Below, piece after piece: positions 9,591 to 19,704 of a stretch of 64,000 nt of DNA. The stretch spans positions 178,523-242,522 of the forward strand of contig CAZETU010000001.1 of the NCBI GenBank assembly GCA_964514585.1. Reading direction: 5' to 3'. The DNA is from Candidatus Woesearchaeota archaeon. GTDB lineage: Archaea; Nanobdellota; Nanobdellia; Pacearchaeales; GW2011-AR1. The translations under genes and the position numbers were made by a program. Each line of letters opens with the position of its first letter. Position 1 is the first letter of the stretch. The notes under the pieces are model-generated. The model did no database searches. It was not told the origin of the DNA and saw only the letters and a list, made by a program, of their open reading frames with translations.

Positions 9591-10229
9591 TTAAAATTCT
9601 TGCGTAGCTTCGAACCCACCCTCATCATTCAAAAGAATCAAACTACAATAGTTGGAGGTACATCCAATCGCACCAGTATCATATTTATCCAACTTAATTA
9701 TATTCTTAACAAAATAAATCCGGTCAAACTCATTTCTAAAACCATCAATACCCAACCTACCAATAGAATAAATAGCAGTATACTGAATCGGAAAATCAGA
9801 CAAATCAATAGCATTCTCCACAAACTCATTTCTCTCAGGCACCTGTCTAAACATCAAAGGATTCCTTTCCTTCTGATTCGACATATTCAAAGCAACCAAA
9901 TAAACATCAAAATCAAACTCAAACGCCGCCATCTCTTCAGAAGCCCGATACTCATTAATATAATCAAAAGCCCCTTGAGAAATAACATCCGCCTGAGGCA
10001 CCGCAGCAGGTTCATCAGTATCCTCCACATTTATCAAATGGTAATCAGTATTCGTAACAAGATAAACTACAAGCACAATAACCAAAACAGCAACAAGCGC
10101 CACAATAAGAATTTTAGAATCCCTGAAGTCAATCTTATTAACCATCTCCACAACTTTCTTAGAACCAGTTTTCTTAGAAGCCTTCTTAGCCTCCCCTTTC
10201 TTCACTTTCTTCTTAGCCTCTCCCATCAA
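9591..10229 (-). CDS. Membrane-anchored protein, possibly degenerate CAP/SCP domain
   Basis: Lys-rich N-terminus, one TM, then FDYINEYRA and YDTGAIGC segments. Confidence 0.6.
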   Translation of the reverse strand: MMGEAKKKVKKGEAKKASKKTGSKKVVEMVNKIDFRDSKILIVALVAVLVIVLVVYLVTNTDYHLINVEDTDEPAAVPQADVISQGAFDYINEYRASEEMAAFEFDFDVYLVALNMSNQKERNPLMFRQVPERNEFVENAIDLSDFPIQYTAIYSIGRLGIDGFRNEFDRIYFVKNIIKLDKYDTGAIGCTSNYCSLILLNDEGGFEATQEF

Positions 10230-10278
10230 GTATCCTCGTCAAACAAATTTAAAAACCTTCCCTTCCCAAGACTAATAT

Positions 10279-10359
10279 GCCCACATCGTATAATGGTATT
10301 GCACTGGACTTGAAATCCAGGCCTTTCGAGGCGTCCCGGTTCGATTCCGGGTGTGGGCG
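10279..10359 (+). tRNA. tRNA-Ser(UGA)
   Basis: Acceptor GCCCACA/TGTGGGC, anticodon arm CTGGA-CTTGAAA-TCCAG, long variable arm GCCTTTCGAGGC, T arm CCCGG-TTCGATT-CCGGG; no encoded CCA. Confidence 0.95.
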
Positions 10360-10362
10360 TTC

Positions 10363-10569
10363 TCACCTCTCATAAGCTCTATCTCCATCAACCCGATACT
10401 CAACTCTAGATTCAACCCCCAATCTTTTCTCAATAGAACTAATAACAGTCTCGTTAACTCTAACCCTCACCGGGCTTAATCCAAAAAAAACTCCAGCAAC
10501 AAATCCAACATAAAATGATTTCTCAAACAACTTCCCCGTTCTAACCTTATTCTCAAACAAGCTTCCCAT
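10363..10569 (-). CDS. Small hypothetical protein
   Basis: 68-aa ORF convergent on the tRNA 3' end, with one short hydrophobic stretch. Confidence 0.4.
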   Translation of the reverse strand: MGSLFENKVRTGKLFEKSFYVGFVAGVFFGLSPVRVRVNETVISSIEKRLGVESRVEYRVDGDRAYER

Positions 10570-10695
10570 AAAATTATCCTAACACATCTAAGAAGACTTC
10601 CTTGTTCAAAAGACAAAGCTACAAAGGCCCCATCTCGATATCAAAGCAGCCAGTCTAACTAAACCCCACTGCTTCTAAATTTAAATTAATCAAAT

Positions 10696-10983
10696 TTATC
10701 CGAACAATGAAGCCAAACCTTCAGCCGCTTCAGCTTTTGGTTCTTCTTTCTTCTTTTCTTCTGGTTCTTCTGCTGCTGGTGCGCTAGCCGCTGCCGGAGC
10801 CGCTGCAATAGACGCGTTCGCAAGCTTGTCCGCGATGTCTACGCCAGATAAACTAGCAACCATAACCTTAACCTTCGCTTCGTCAACCTCAGCGCCAGTC
10901 GCGGAAATAACTGCCTTCAAGTTATCTTCGTTGATATCCTTTCCAACCTTGTGCAACAAAAGTGCCGCATATGTGTATTCCAT
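10696..10983 (-). CDS. rpl12: Ribosomal stalk protein P1/L12
   Basis: [11 protein letters not shown] start, Ala/Glu hinge, GLASLFG end. Confidence 0.96.
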   Translation of the reverse strand: MEYTYAALLLHKVGKDINEDNLKAVISATGAEVDEAKVKVMVASLSGVDIADKLANASIAAAPAAASAPAAEEPEEKKKEEPKAEAAEGLASLFG

Positions 10984-10999
10984 TTTGTATTATTCAAGA

Positions 11000-11905
11000 T
11001 TAACCAAACAAGCTAGAAAGACCCGCTGCCGACTCTTCCTTTGGTTCTTCTTTTTTAGTTTCTTCTTGAGTTTGAGTTTCTGCCACAGCTTCAACAGCCA
11101 CTGGCTCCGGTTCTGGTTCCCCGCTAATTATCCTACTAACAATCCCTTCCTGAACCCCAGCCTTACTTAAAATAAAATCAATAGTCGTTTCATTCATAAT
11201 TCCCATCTCAACAGCAAACGGCAAAGCCCGACCAAAATCATTCATAATCATTTCGACCATCCCGTCCTTGTCAATCTTAATATCAACATAAACCTTCTTC
11301 TCATCATTATCAAAAGCAGCAATAGGCTCAATCCCAACCTCAAAAGGAATAATATCAAGCTTAGCCATAATCGACGCAACAGCCTCAGTAACTTCCTTAC
11401 CTGCCTTTAAAATAACCTTATCTTTCATAACCGCAATTTTCCCATTCTCAACCTTAGGTGCAAGTCCAACAGCACTCAAAGCAGAAATATCAGGACCAGG
11501 AATCAACTCAGTAGGCCCAGCTTTAACTTCAATATCAAAAGGCGCGATCTGCCCAGCCTTAGCCTTAGCCGGACTCTTCTCATCAGCCAAAACACCAGCA
11601 ATCTCAAACGCATCCTTATCCGAAAACAACATAGCCGTCGAGTCATCAACATGCTTAACCAAATCATGCAACTCTTTAATCCCACAATGACCCAAAGCAA
11701 AATTAACCAAACTCTTCTTAACAACCTGAACCTGAGCCTTGCTTCGGAGTTTCTTCTTAATATCCTGAAACTGCGCCGACGGCAAACCTTTAATAGAAAT
11801 AACCATAACAGTTTTCTTCTTCATCAACTCAGCCAATTCCTTAACCTTAGCTTTCTTAAAATCCGAAACATGCGTCGTAGTATCATGCTCAACAGTAACT
11901 TCCAT
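11000..11905 (-). CDS. rplP0: Ribosomal protein L10/P0 (uL10)
   Basis: LPSAQFQDIKKKLR, AKAGQIAP, GPTELIPGP, GLSSLFG tail. Confidence 0.95.
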   Translation of the reverse strand: MEVTVEHDTTTHVSDFKKAKVKELAELMKKKTVMVISIKGLPSAQFQDIKKKLRSKAQVQVVKKSLVNFALGHCGIKELHDLVKHVDDSTAMLFSDKDAFEIAGVLADEKSPAKAKAGQIAPFDIEVKAGPTELIPGPDISALSAVGLAPKVENGKIAVMKDKVILKAGKEVTEAVASIMAKLDIIPFEVGIEPIAAFDNDEKKVYVDIKIDKDGMVEMIMNDFGRALPFAVEMGIMNETTIDFILSKAGVQEGIVSRIISGEPEPEPVAVEAVAETQTQEETKKEEPKEESAAGLSSLFG

Positions 11906-12522
11906 TACTTCTTCTCCACAATTACAACCGGCTTGGTCATAGTAAATTTAATCAAAACTTCCTTAACATTATCATTCTTCCTCGGCAAAATTTTCTCCAA
12001 TCCCTTAATCGCAGCCGCAATATTCTCAACCAACTGATCATCACTCATATCTTCCTTCCCAACAGGAATCTTAATCGCCATCTCTTTATTCTTAACCTTA
12101 ATAGACTTCTTCATTTTCTCAATCATCATGTTAATCATAGCATCTTCTTCCTTAGGAATAATTCCAGCTTGTGGCGACGGCATTTTATTCATAGGGCCAA
12201 AATATCGACCAAACTTCGTAGCAACTTTCCCCATCATCGGAGCAACCGCAATAAAAGCATCATAACTCTTAGCCAACTTCTTAATATCCTTCCCTTCCTT
12301 ATACTTCACAAAATCCTCTTCGGTAATCGTATCAATCAACTTCGACCTCTTCGTAAAAAACCCAGCCAACTTTTTCTCACGACCATGCGGAACCATAACA
12401 AAAGTATTCAAAGCCTCTTTTCTAACATCAAAATTTTTCAAATTCACAATTAAGTCCACGGTCTGCACAAACTTCCGCTTCTTCTCTTTCCTTAACTCAA
12501 CCAATGCGTCTTTAATTTCCAT
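11905..12522 (-). CDS. rpl1: Ribosomal protein L1 (uL1)
   Basis: RKFVQTVDLIVNLK, GRYFGPMNKMP, VGKEDMSD, KFTMTKPV; upstream of P0 and L12. Confidence 0.92.
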   Translation of the reverse strand: MEIKDALVELRKEKKRKFVQTVDLIVNLKNFDVRKEALNTFVMVPHGREKKLAGFFTKRSKLIDTITEEDFVKYKEGKDIKKLAKSYDAFIAVAPMMGKVATKFGRYFGPMNKMPSPQAGIIPKEEDAMINMMIEKMKKSIKVKNKEMAIKIPVGKEDMSDDQLVENIAAAIKGLEKILPRKNDNVKEVLIKFTMTKPVVIVEKK

Positions 12523-12668
12523 GATACATAAACTGTTAGAATAAACGTTTTTATCCGCGCGGTATTAAACCTGCTACTAACAGTAGTAATAACCTAGCGA
12601 AATTTGCCTATATAAAACTTACTATCCACTACAACAATCCTTATATAATCCCCAAGATAATTTTTAAT

Positions 12669-13022
12669 ATGGAACTAGTAGCATTATTATCAACAGGAAA
12701 AGGAACATGGGGCCAAATCTCAGGACTAATCCAAAAAGGCGAATGGGAAAAAGTTGTCGTACTAGGTCCCGCTTTCGCAAAAGAATTCACAGTCCACGGC
12801 GAAGCATTCGACTTCATAGAATTCGACCCAAACAAATCCCTAATCCCACTCAAAAAAGAACTCGAGAAAAAATTACAAGGAAAATTCGAAGGCCTAGAAG
12901 TCGCACTCTCAATCGCATCTGGAAACGGCAAAGAACACATGGCCCTCCAATCAGCCCTACTCTCACTCCCCGTCGGAATCAGATTCACAGCCCTAACCAA
13001 AGACGGCGTCGTAATGTTGTAA
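12669..13022 (+). CDS. Small Rossmann-like protein, possible stand-alone CARF domain
   Basis: LSTGKGT after strand 1 and VALSIASGNGKEHMAL resemble the two CARF motifs. Confidence 0.5.
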   Translation: MELVALLSTGKGTWGQISGLIQKGEWEKVVVLGPAFAKEFTVHGEAFDFIEFDPNKSLIPLKKELEKKLQGKFEGLEVALSIASGNGKEHMALQSALLSLPVGIRFTALTKDGVVML

Positions 13023-13433
13023 CTATCTTCTCCAGAAAAAAACAATTAGAGCAAACAAAAAGGTTCCAAAGATATCTGAATAAAGTTCTGAATAACTAGA
13101 AATTCCTTCCTGAACAACTACTTCTGTGAATAGCATAAATATTGAAAATAAAATGGAAAGAAAAAATAAAAAGATTTTACCAAAGTAATTTTTGTTTTTA
13201 GATAATAATAATGCAAGACAAAAAATAAACAATGGAACCACAATAAAAGCAATGATATGAGAAGAAGTATCCCACAAGGGTAAGTGAAGGGGGCTCATAA
13301 TGTTAATGCGATTATAAAACAAGGATCCATAACTATTTATGGAAGCAAATACTCCACCCATAAAGCAGATTAACATTACCCATAGTTCCTTTTTATTTTC
13401 TTTAATCCATTTCATTATAACACTTCTCAACAC
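13023..13433 (-). CDS. VanZ-like membrane protein
   Basis: Four TMs; H..AF, E..Q and D.FG pattern; start may be ATG 13415. Confidence 0.55.
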   Translation of the reverse strand: MLRSVIMKWIKENKKELWVMLICFMGGVFASINSYGSLFYNRINIMSPLHLPLWDTSSHIIAFIVVPLFIFCLALLLSKNKNYFGKIFLFFLSILFSIFMLFTEVVVQEGISSYSELYSDIFGTFLFALIVFFWRR

Positions 13434-14440
13434 TTCTCAATTTTTAACTTAGCACCCTTCCTAGAAATACAAACAACACAACTCCTTTCATCCTCAGCCG
13501 CAATTTCATACCCGTCCAATTTCTCAGCCAACTTCAAAGCATAATCCTTAACCGCATCAAACCAAGGCTGATTATCATAACCCATCCGACCCCGAGCGAA
13601 CCCAACAGACTTATATCCTTTCACATGAACAAAATCCGGCTCAGCCCTCCGAATCAAATCACAATACTCACCAACATTCTCATCCAACATATTAGTTACT
13701 TTAGCAAATTCCCCCTCCTCGCCAATGTCAACCAATGTCATTCTAATCACTCTCCGAACCCGACCCTTCATCCCCCTAATCACATCCAACGTTTTCAAAA
13801 ACTCATCCCAAGCATTTTTCTTAGTAGACCGATGCCAAATATCAAACAACCTCTTATTAGGAGCATTAGTAGAAACAGTAATCTGCGTAGGCAAATCCTC
13901 GTCACTAAACCCAGCAATCACTTCCGGATTCAATCCATTGGTAACCAAAAAACTAACAGCCCCCCTTCGACGAATCTCTCTAAACATCTCCCCAAGACGT
14001 GGGTATAAAGTCGGCTCTCCAGATAAACTAGTTGTATAAAGTTTAGGCTCCATAGCCGCCTCCAACTTTTCAATGTCAATTCCCTCACGTCCCCTAAACC
14101 CTTCCAATAACTTTTTCCGAGCCTCAACAATCCCATCCAAAATCTCAACCGGGTCATCAACACGAGGCAACTCCGTCCCAAGATTCATTTCAATCGGCCG
14201 CCAACAATGCAAACACTGATTTTCACACCACATAACACTAGGCGTCATCTGACAACACCCAGCACAACTAATCCCATAAAACTTCTCCTTCCAACACTCG
14301 CCATTCCCACGCAAAGAATTCTTAGTCCAACGACAAATCTGCACCGCACTAGTTTCCCCAACAAGCGCATAATTCATTTTCTCCAACCTAGATCGAACAT
14401 CGTCTTCACAAATTTTCCGCTTAGGATTTTTTCTAACCAT
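13427..14440 (-). CDS. taw1: Radical SAM 4-demethylwyosine synthase
   Basis: AVQICRWTK, CENQCLHCWR (CxxxCxxC), SLSGEPTLYP, FLVTNG, FVHVKGY. ATG 14440. Confidence 0.92.
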   Translation of the reverse strand: MVRKNPKRKICEDDVRSRLEKMNYALVGETSAVQICRWTKNSLRGNGECWKEKFYGISCAGCCQMTPSVMWCENQCLHCWRPIEMNLGTELPRVDDPVEILDGIVEARKKLLEGFRGREGIDIEKLEAAMEPKLYTTSLSGEPTLYPRLGEMFREIRRRGAVSFLVTNGLNPEVIAGFSDEDLPTQITVSTNAPNKRLFDIWHRSTKKNAWDEFLKTLDVIRGMKGRVRRVIRMTLVDIGEEGEFAKVTNMLDENVGEYCDLIRRAEPDFVHVKGYKSVGFARGRMGYDNQPWFDAVKDYALKLAEKLDGYEIAAEDERSCVVCISRKGAKLKIEKC

Positions 14441-14470
14441 ATCAAAACCAAATTTCAAAGATTTATAATT

Positions 14471-14731
14471 CTATTTGCGACCATTTAAATTTTCTCCAGA
14501 CAAAATAAGTGAGTCGTACAATTCGCTCATCACATCACCCCAAGAGTCTCTAGTAATAGCAATATACCTATCTTTAGAATAAGGAACCCATCTATCATTT
14601 ATTACAACGCCACCCCTAAAAGAATATTTTATTCTACCAAAAAAAACAACCTCTGGTCTCGTTACAGTATTCTCAATCATGACGTCAGCCCATCTTCCCT
14701 TAAGACCATTATAGTTTCCAAATCTCATCAA
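14471..14731 (-). CDS. Hypothetical protein
   Basis: 86-aa ORF filling the gap; atypical composition. Confidence 0.5.
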   Translation of the reverse strand: MMRFGNYNGLKGRWADVMIENTVTRPEVVFFGRIKYSFRGGVVINDRWVPYSKDRYIAITRDSWGDVMSELYDSLILSGENLNGRK

Positions 14732-14769
14732 TCCCTATCCCAACATTAACATTTTATATATTCTTCCAA

Positions 14770-15012
14770 TCACCCTTCCAAAATTTTTTTACAATCAGTT
14801 TTTATAGATTCAATATTTTTTGAAGTAAACCCAGTCTCGTCTCTCCAACCCTTTGAAAAAGTTTCATACCTTGCCACAATTTGTAAATATAACCGAGCAT
14901 ATATTCTTTTTTCTTCCGGCCCATACTGAGGAAAATCACGATTTAATGCCCACCCCATATTTTTGCAAGAACGTTCAAACTCTACAGACTTACTAAAATA
15001 ATCATCCATCAT
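14770..15012 (-). CDS. Hypothetical protein
   Basis: 80-aa ORF filling the gap; atypical composition. Confidence 0.5.
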   Translation of the reverse strand: MMDDYFSKSVEFERSCKNMGWALNRDFPQYGPEEKRIYARLYLQIVARYETFSKGWRDETGFTSKNIESIKTDCKKILEG

Positions 15013-15044
15013 TTCACCTAGTCAGCCTCAATCTTTAAAAAAAT

Positions 15045-16481
15045 TTAGATAACCTCAAACAACCAAAAAGCCATCAATATCAAGAACGATAACAATATCA
15101 AATATCCCGCAATCTTATACGCCCACTTTGCAGTTTTCTCATGTCTCGTAATACTTAAAACAGTCAAATAGAAAAATCGTCCACCGTCCAACATCCCAAG
15201 CGGCATCATATTAAACAAAGCCACAAGCAAATTAATTATCATAACCCACCAAAGCAAATGATAAATAAAAATAACAAAATTCTCATTCCGAATCGGCTTG
15301 TAGTAAATTGAACCGTCCTTAAACGACATAAATTTAGCAAAAACCGTCTGAATAACTCCACGAGGACTAACCTCATTGTGCCCAACTCCAAGATAAGCAC
15401 GACCAGCCTCATTAGGATGTTCACTTAAAGTCAAACTATATTCCTGAGTTTCCATCGTAGTTTTATCCTCAGTAACAAAATTAACAACATCCCCAGGATT
15501 CTTCGTTATCAAAAACAACATTAAATCATTCTGATTTTTTATCTTCACATCATTAGCCTGAATAATCGCCCCCCTTATCTGAGACCTAACTGCATCAGTG
15601 TCCTCAACTACAACCATAGTCAAATTAGAAAATGCAGGATTTAAAACAGCCCCCTTAAACTCAGAGCCCATTAAATAACTCCTGCCATCAACCATTAATT
15701 CAGTCAAATTAGTGTCCGCAATCTGCCCTCCTAAAAGCATAGAAAGCGTCCCAACATCAGCGCCAACACTGTCAATTGAACTCACATTTACTTCAGCAAG
15801 CCCATAGCTATTAAAAGCATAGCCCGAAGCCGTAAACGAAGTAGAGAAAAACAAAACATACAACCCATAAAAAATCAAAGCAAAAACAATATTCGCAAAA
15901 ACCCCAGCAGCCAAAACAGTCATCTGCTCCAACTTCTTCTTCTTATGGAAACCCTTCTTTTCTTCCTCAACAAACGCCCCTAAAATCGGTCCAAGAAAAA
16001 CCAACCCAGTCGACTTAATCTTAACCCCAAACAGCTTCATGAAAATCCCATGACTAAATTCATGAACAATCGCAACAACTCCCAAAGCCACAATAAAATA
16101 AGTAAAATAAAATGGAGGGAAAAACGATTCCATTCCAAACAGCTTAGGAAAATACGGAATCAACGGAGCAATCGGAGGCGCCGCAACCATTTCTACAATC
16201 TCCTTCGAATGTAAAACATATATAAGAACAGTCTTTCCCAGCATCCAAATCATACCACCCATCAAAACAAACCCAACTCCAACAATCAAATATTTCAAAG
16301 CATGAAGAGTTTTCTTACAATGAGTACCAACCCAATTTATGGCATCCACACCAACCTGCGTCCGATACATAAAAATAATCCCCTCACGACTCAATTGCTT
16401 CTTTCGCGAACTAAGAAACCAAATTACAAATGCAGTAAACAAAATCAAAAAACCAATATCATACACCAAAAAGCTCACCAT
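15045..16481 (-). CDS. Site-2 protease (peptidase M50) with PDZ-like insert
   Basis: HEFSH and NMMPLGMLDGG; multiple TMs. Confidence 0.95.
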   Translation of the reverse strand: MVSFLVYDIGFLILFTAFVIWFLSSRKKQLSREGIIFMYRTQVGVDAINWVGTHCKKTLHALKYLIVGVGFVLMGGMIWMLGKTVLIYVLHSKEIVEMVAAPPIAPLIPYFPKLFGMESFFPPFYFTYFIVALGVVAIVHEFSHGIFMKLFGVKIKSTGLVFLGPILGAFVEEEKKGFHKKKKLEQMTVLAAGVFANIVFALIFYGLYVLFFSTSFTASGYAFNSYGLAEVNVSSIDSVGADVGTLSMLLGGQIADTNLTELMVDGRSYLMGSEFKGAVLNPAFSNLTMVVVEDTDAVRSQIRGAIIQANDVKIKNQNDLMLFLITKNPGDVVNFVTEDKTTMETQEYSLTLSEHPNEAGRAYLGVGHNEVSPRGVIQTVFAKFMSFKDGSIYYKPIRNENFVIFIYHLLWWVMIINLLVALFNMMPLGMLDGGRFFYLTVLSITRHEKTAKWAYKIAGYLILLSFLILMAFWLFEVI

Positions 16482-16511
16482 CTTATTAAATATAAAAAAG
16501 AGTTTAAAAAA

Positions 16512-16676
16512 CTACTTCTTTCGCACAGGTCGAAAATCAGTTCCACCACACTTTCGACATCTAGCTTTCCCGCCCAAAATTTTCAAAGGTTCAAGCTTCA
16601 TCTTATGCTTACACACCTTACAAACAAAAGCATTCTTATACAATCGATTTTGCGCCGCTGGAATTTTTGTTGCCAT
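16512..16676 (-). CDS. rpl40e: Ribosomal protein L40e (not in ORF track)
   Basis: Manual translation MATKIPAAQNRLYKNAFVCKVCKHKMKLEPLKILGGKARCRKCGGTDFRPVRKK. Confidence 0.85.
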   Translation of the reverse strand: MATKIPAAQNRLYKNAFVCKVCKHKMKLEPLKILGGKARCRKCGGTDFRPVRKK

Positions 16677-16737
16677 GTTAATTCATCAGAATTTTAGTTT
16701 TTAAAGTTGTCGATAGGTTGTTAAAATATTTAAGAAA

Positions 16738-17127
16738 TTAAACAACTTTTTTAATTAATTTATCGCCTTCAACATCCCAATATTCAACCACAACACCGTC
16801 AGTAACAGTGCCCTGCAAATCTTCAGGAATTGTCAAATCCAAATTCTCAAAACTCTCACTATCCATAATGCTAGCAGTATCTCCACTCACCGATAGAACC
16901 TGAGCCTGCCTCTTGTCAATCATAGGAACCTCAAACTTATCATGTCCAGGAATAACCATAACTTTCTTCTTCCCAGTCATAATCGAAACAGCCTCAAACC
17001 GAACCTTAGCGTGACCATGCTTTCCAGTTTTAGAAATATCCATTTTCTTAACCTGATGTGCTACGTTGTCAATCAATAAATAAGTTCCAACACGCATCTC
17101 CGTCGCTTCAATAACTCTTGCTACCAT
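16738..17127 (-). CDS. eif5a: Translation factor aIF5A
   Basis: ISKTGKHGHAKVR hypusine motif; ATG 17127. Confidence 0.96.
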   Translation of the reverse strand: MVARVIEATEMRVGTYLLIDNVAHQVKKMDISKTGKHGHAKVRFEAVSIMTGKKKVMVIPGHDKFEVPMIDKRQAQVLSVSGDTASIMDSESFENLDLTIPEDLQGTVTDGVVVEYWDVEGDKLIKKVV

Positions 17128-17204
17128 ATTTAACAAAACAAAAAGTTCATTTATAAAAGTTTGCTAAACCCAACTCTTAAAAACCCATCATTCTCAATTT
17201 AATC

Positions 17205-17867
17205 ATGACAATCAAAAAAAACGACTTCGTTGAGGTTGAATTCACAGGAAAAATTACAAACACAGACGAGATTTTCGATACAAATATAAAAGCACAAGCC
17301 GAAAAAGCAAATCTCAACGCCAAAGACATCAAGCCATTCGTTCTAGCAGTCGGACACAAGATGTTACCAAAAGGTTTCGACGATGACATCGAAGGAAAAG
17401 AATTAGAAAAAGAATACACACTCGACCTAAAACCAGAAGACGCTTTCGGAAAACGAAACCCTCAAATGGTTAGAATGATCCCAACAAAGCTTTTCCATGA
17501 ACAAAAAATCGACCCACAAAGAGGAATGCAACTTTCCCTTGATGGTCAACTCGTAAAAATCTTATCATCCGACCGAGGCCGAACACTAGTCGACTTCAAC
17601 AACCCACTCGCAGGAAAACCAGTCACCTATACATACAAGCTAAACAAGCAAATCACAGATGACAAAGAAAAAATCAATGCAATGCAAGAATTCCTATTCC
17701 GAAAACAATTTGAATTCGACCTCAAAGACAAAACAGTAACCTTCAAAATCACAAAAGAATTCGAGCCATTCATCAAAATGTTCGCCCCAAAATTCGAAGA
17801 AATCTTGGGTTTTAAAGTCGAAAGTAAAATAGTTGAAGAAAAGAAACCCGAAGATAAAAAAGAATAA
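17205..17867 (+). CDS. slyD: FKBP-type PPIase (SlyD-like, long type)
   Basis: PEDAFGKRNP and VDFNNPLAGKPV. Confidence 0.92.
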   Translation: MTIKKNDFVEVEFTGKITNTDEIFDTNIKAQAEKANLNAKDIKPFVLAVGHKMLPKGFDDDIEGKELEKEYTLDLKPEDAFGKRNPQMVRMIPTKLFHEQKIDPQRGMQLSLDGQLVKILSSDRGRTLVDFNNPLAGKPVTYTYKLNKQITDDKEKINAMQEFLFRKQFEFDLKDKTVTFKITKEFEPFIKMFAPKFEEILGFKVESKIVEEKKPEDKKE

Positions 17868-18272
17868 CTATTTGCGACTATGCTTCAATTCTAAATTATT
17901 AACCAATCTCTCAATCTCACCAATTTCTGGAGCAAAATCAGGTTCACTCTCTCCAAAATAAGTAAAGCTAGGAAAAGAATCTTCATCAGCAATCAATCCA
18001 TGATAAAGTACTTCAAGAATTTCTTTTTGTTCAACCCAATATTTCAAACATTCAATATGACCGTCACCACCTCTTAATCTCACGACATTAATGAAATTAA
18101 CCCCATTACAAACAAGCTCCCAATATGCCCTAAAATTAGCAGATTTAGAATGATCTTTATCGACAAAGGGCACCCCCGCCTCCACCTTATCACCTCCAAA
18201 TCTTTTCTCTTTCTGTCTTTGGTTTTTCTCACGTCTCTTTTTCCAATATTCCCTTCTACTTGATATTACCAT
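17868..18272 (-). CDS. Hypothetical protein
   Basis: ORF to 17868; ATG 18272 (MVISSRR) most plausible. Confidence 0.5.
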   Translation of the reverse strand: MVISSRREYWKKRREKNQRQKEKRFGGDKVEAGVPFVDKDHSKSANFRAYWELVCNGVNFINVVRLRGGDGHIECLKYWVEQKEILEVLYHGLIADEDSFPSFTYFGESEPDFAPEIGEIERLVNNLELKHSRK

Positions 18273-18368
18273 AAGAGCTCCAATCCCAATCCCTTTAATA
18301 ATTTTTATATACACAATTATCCACTCAACCCCACAAATTATTATAAACTCAAATTTCCCCAATCACTC

Positions 18369-19484
18369 ATGGATGATATACTAGAAAGAGATGATATTTC
18401 AGAACTACAGCCGTTTCCTCAAGCCAACGCAAATTCTGAAATAGATAGAGAGTTAGAGGAAATTCTAAAACGACAATCCGCAAGAATAAAAGTTGTCGGT
18501 GTCGGAGGTGGAGGCGGAAATACAACATCAAGAATGAGAGAAATCGGAATAAAGGGCGGCGAAATTATAGCAATAAACACCGATGCCCAAGATCTACTTT
18601 ACGCGAACGCAGACCAAAAAATTCTAATCGGACGTGAAATCTCAAAAGGATTAGGCGCAGGAAGTAATCCTCGAATCGGAGCAGAAGCAGCAAAAGAACA
18701 ACAGCAAGATATCAAGAAAAAATTAGCACACTCAGATTTAGTTTTCGTAACATGCGGACTCGGCGGTGGAACAGGTACGGGAGCAGCCCCAGTTGTAGCC
18801 GAAATCGCGAAAAAACAAGGAGCCCTGGTAATCGGAGTCGTAACTCTACCTTTCACAGTTGAAGGAGCAAAGCGAATCGAAAACGCAATGGAAGGCCTCG
18901 AAAGAATGGAAGGAATCGTCGACACACTAATTGTAATCCCAAACGACAAGCTACTAGACCTAGCCCCAGACTTACCCCTCCCAACAGCATTCAAAGTCGC
19001 AGACGAAATACTAACAAACGCAGTAAAAGGAATAACAGAACTAGTAACAAGTTCAGGATTAGTAAACCTAGACTTCGCAGACATCAAAGCAGTAATGGCA
19101 AACGGTGGAGTTTCCCTTATCGGAATGGGCGAATCAGACTCATCCGACCGAGCAATGGAGGCAGTCGACAAAGCCCTGAACAACCCACTTCTAGACGTCG
19201 ACATCAAAAATGCCCAAGGCGCACTAGTCAACGTCATCGGAGGAAATGATTTAGCACTAGACGAATACAAAAAAGTCGTCCAAAAAATCGGCGAACAATT
19301 ATCTCCAGATGCAAAACTAATCTCAGGAGCCCAAATCTCAAAAGACATGGAAAAATCCCTAAAGGTCATGGTAATAATCACAGGCGTAAAATCCCCGCAA
19401 ATTTCAGGAGAAAGACTCCCACCAGAAGTCGCAAGAAGAAAAGACATGGAAGGAGAATTAGGAATAGAATTCTTCGATGAGTAA
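18369..19484 (+). CDS. ftsZ: Cell division protein FtsZ
   Basis: VGVGGGGGN, GLGGGTGTG, NLDFAD. Confidence 0.98.
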   Translation: MDDILERDDISELQPFPQANANSEIDRELEEILKRQSARIKVVGVGGGGGNTTSRMREIGIKGGEIIAINTDAQDLLYANADQKILIGREISKGLGAGSNPRIGAEAAKEQQQDIKKKLAHSDLVFVTCGLGGGTGTGAAPVVAEIAKKQGALVIGVVTLPFTVEGAKRIENAMEGLERMEGIVDTLIVIPNDKLLDLAPDLPLPTAFKVADEILTNAVKGITELVTSSGLVNLDFADIKAVMANGGVSLIGMGESDSSDRAMEAVDKALNNPLLDVDIKNAQGALVNVIGGNDLALDEYKKVVQKIGEQLSPDAKLISGAQISKDMEKSLKVMVIITGVKSPQISGERLPPEVARRKDMEGELGIEFFDE

Positions 19485-19521
19485 TCAACAATCTTAAAAA
19501 CCCAAAACTTCTATAATCAAC

Positions 19522-19704
19522 ATGGCAAGCAAAATATCAAGAAAAATTTCGTCGCAATATCACAAATATCTAAGAGTTTGGCGACTTCTAAAAAAGCCAA
19601 CAATGATGGAATTCAAAACCGTCTCAAAAGTCTCAGCAATCGGTCTTTTAGTCATCGGAGCAATAGGATTCGCAATCTCAATCGTTATGAAGATGATGTT
19701 TTAA
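19522..19704 (+). CDS. secE: Translocase subunit SecE/Sec61 gamma
   Basis: LRVWRLLKKPTMMEF plus TM; position between ftsZ and spt5. Confidence 0.92.
   Translation: MASKISRKISSQYHKYLRVWRLLKKPTMMEFKTVSKVSAIGLLVIGAIGFAISIVMKMMF

Noticed and set aside
10279-10569. tRNA-Ser as an integration site of a mobile element
   Set aside because: No duplicated tRNA 3' end and no recombinase seen in the window.
10570-10695. Hairpin region after rpl12 as an ncRNA or degenerate tRNA
   Set aside because: Only one modest stem (GAAGCAG/CTGCTTT) and no cloverleaf or recognisable motif; most likely a 3' UTR or terminator.
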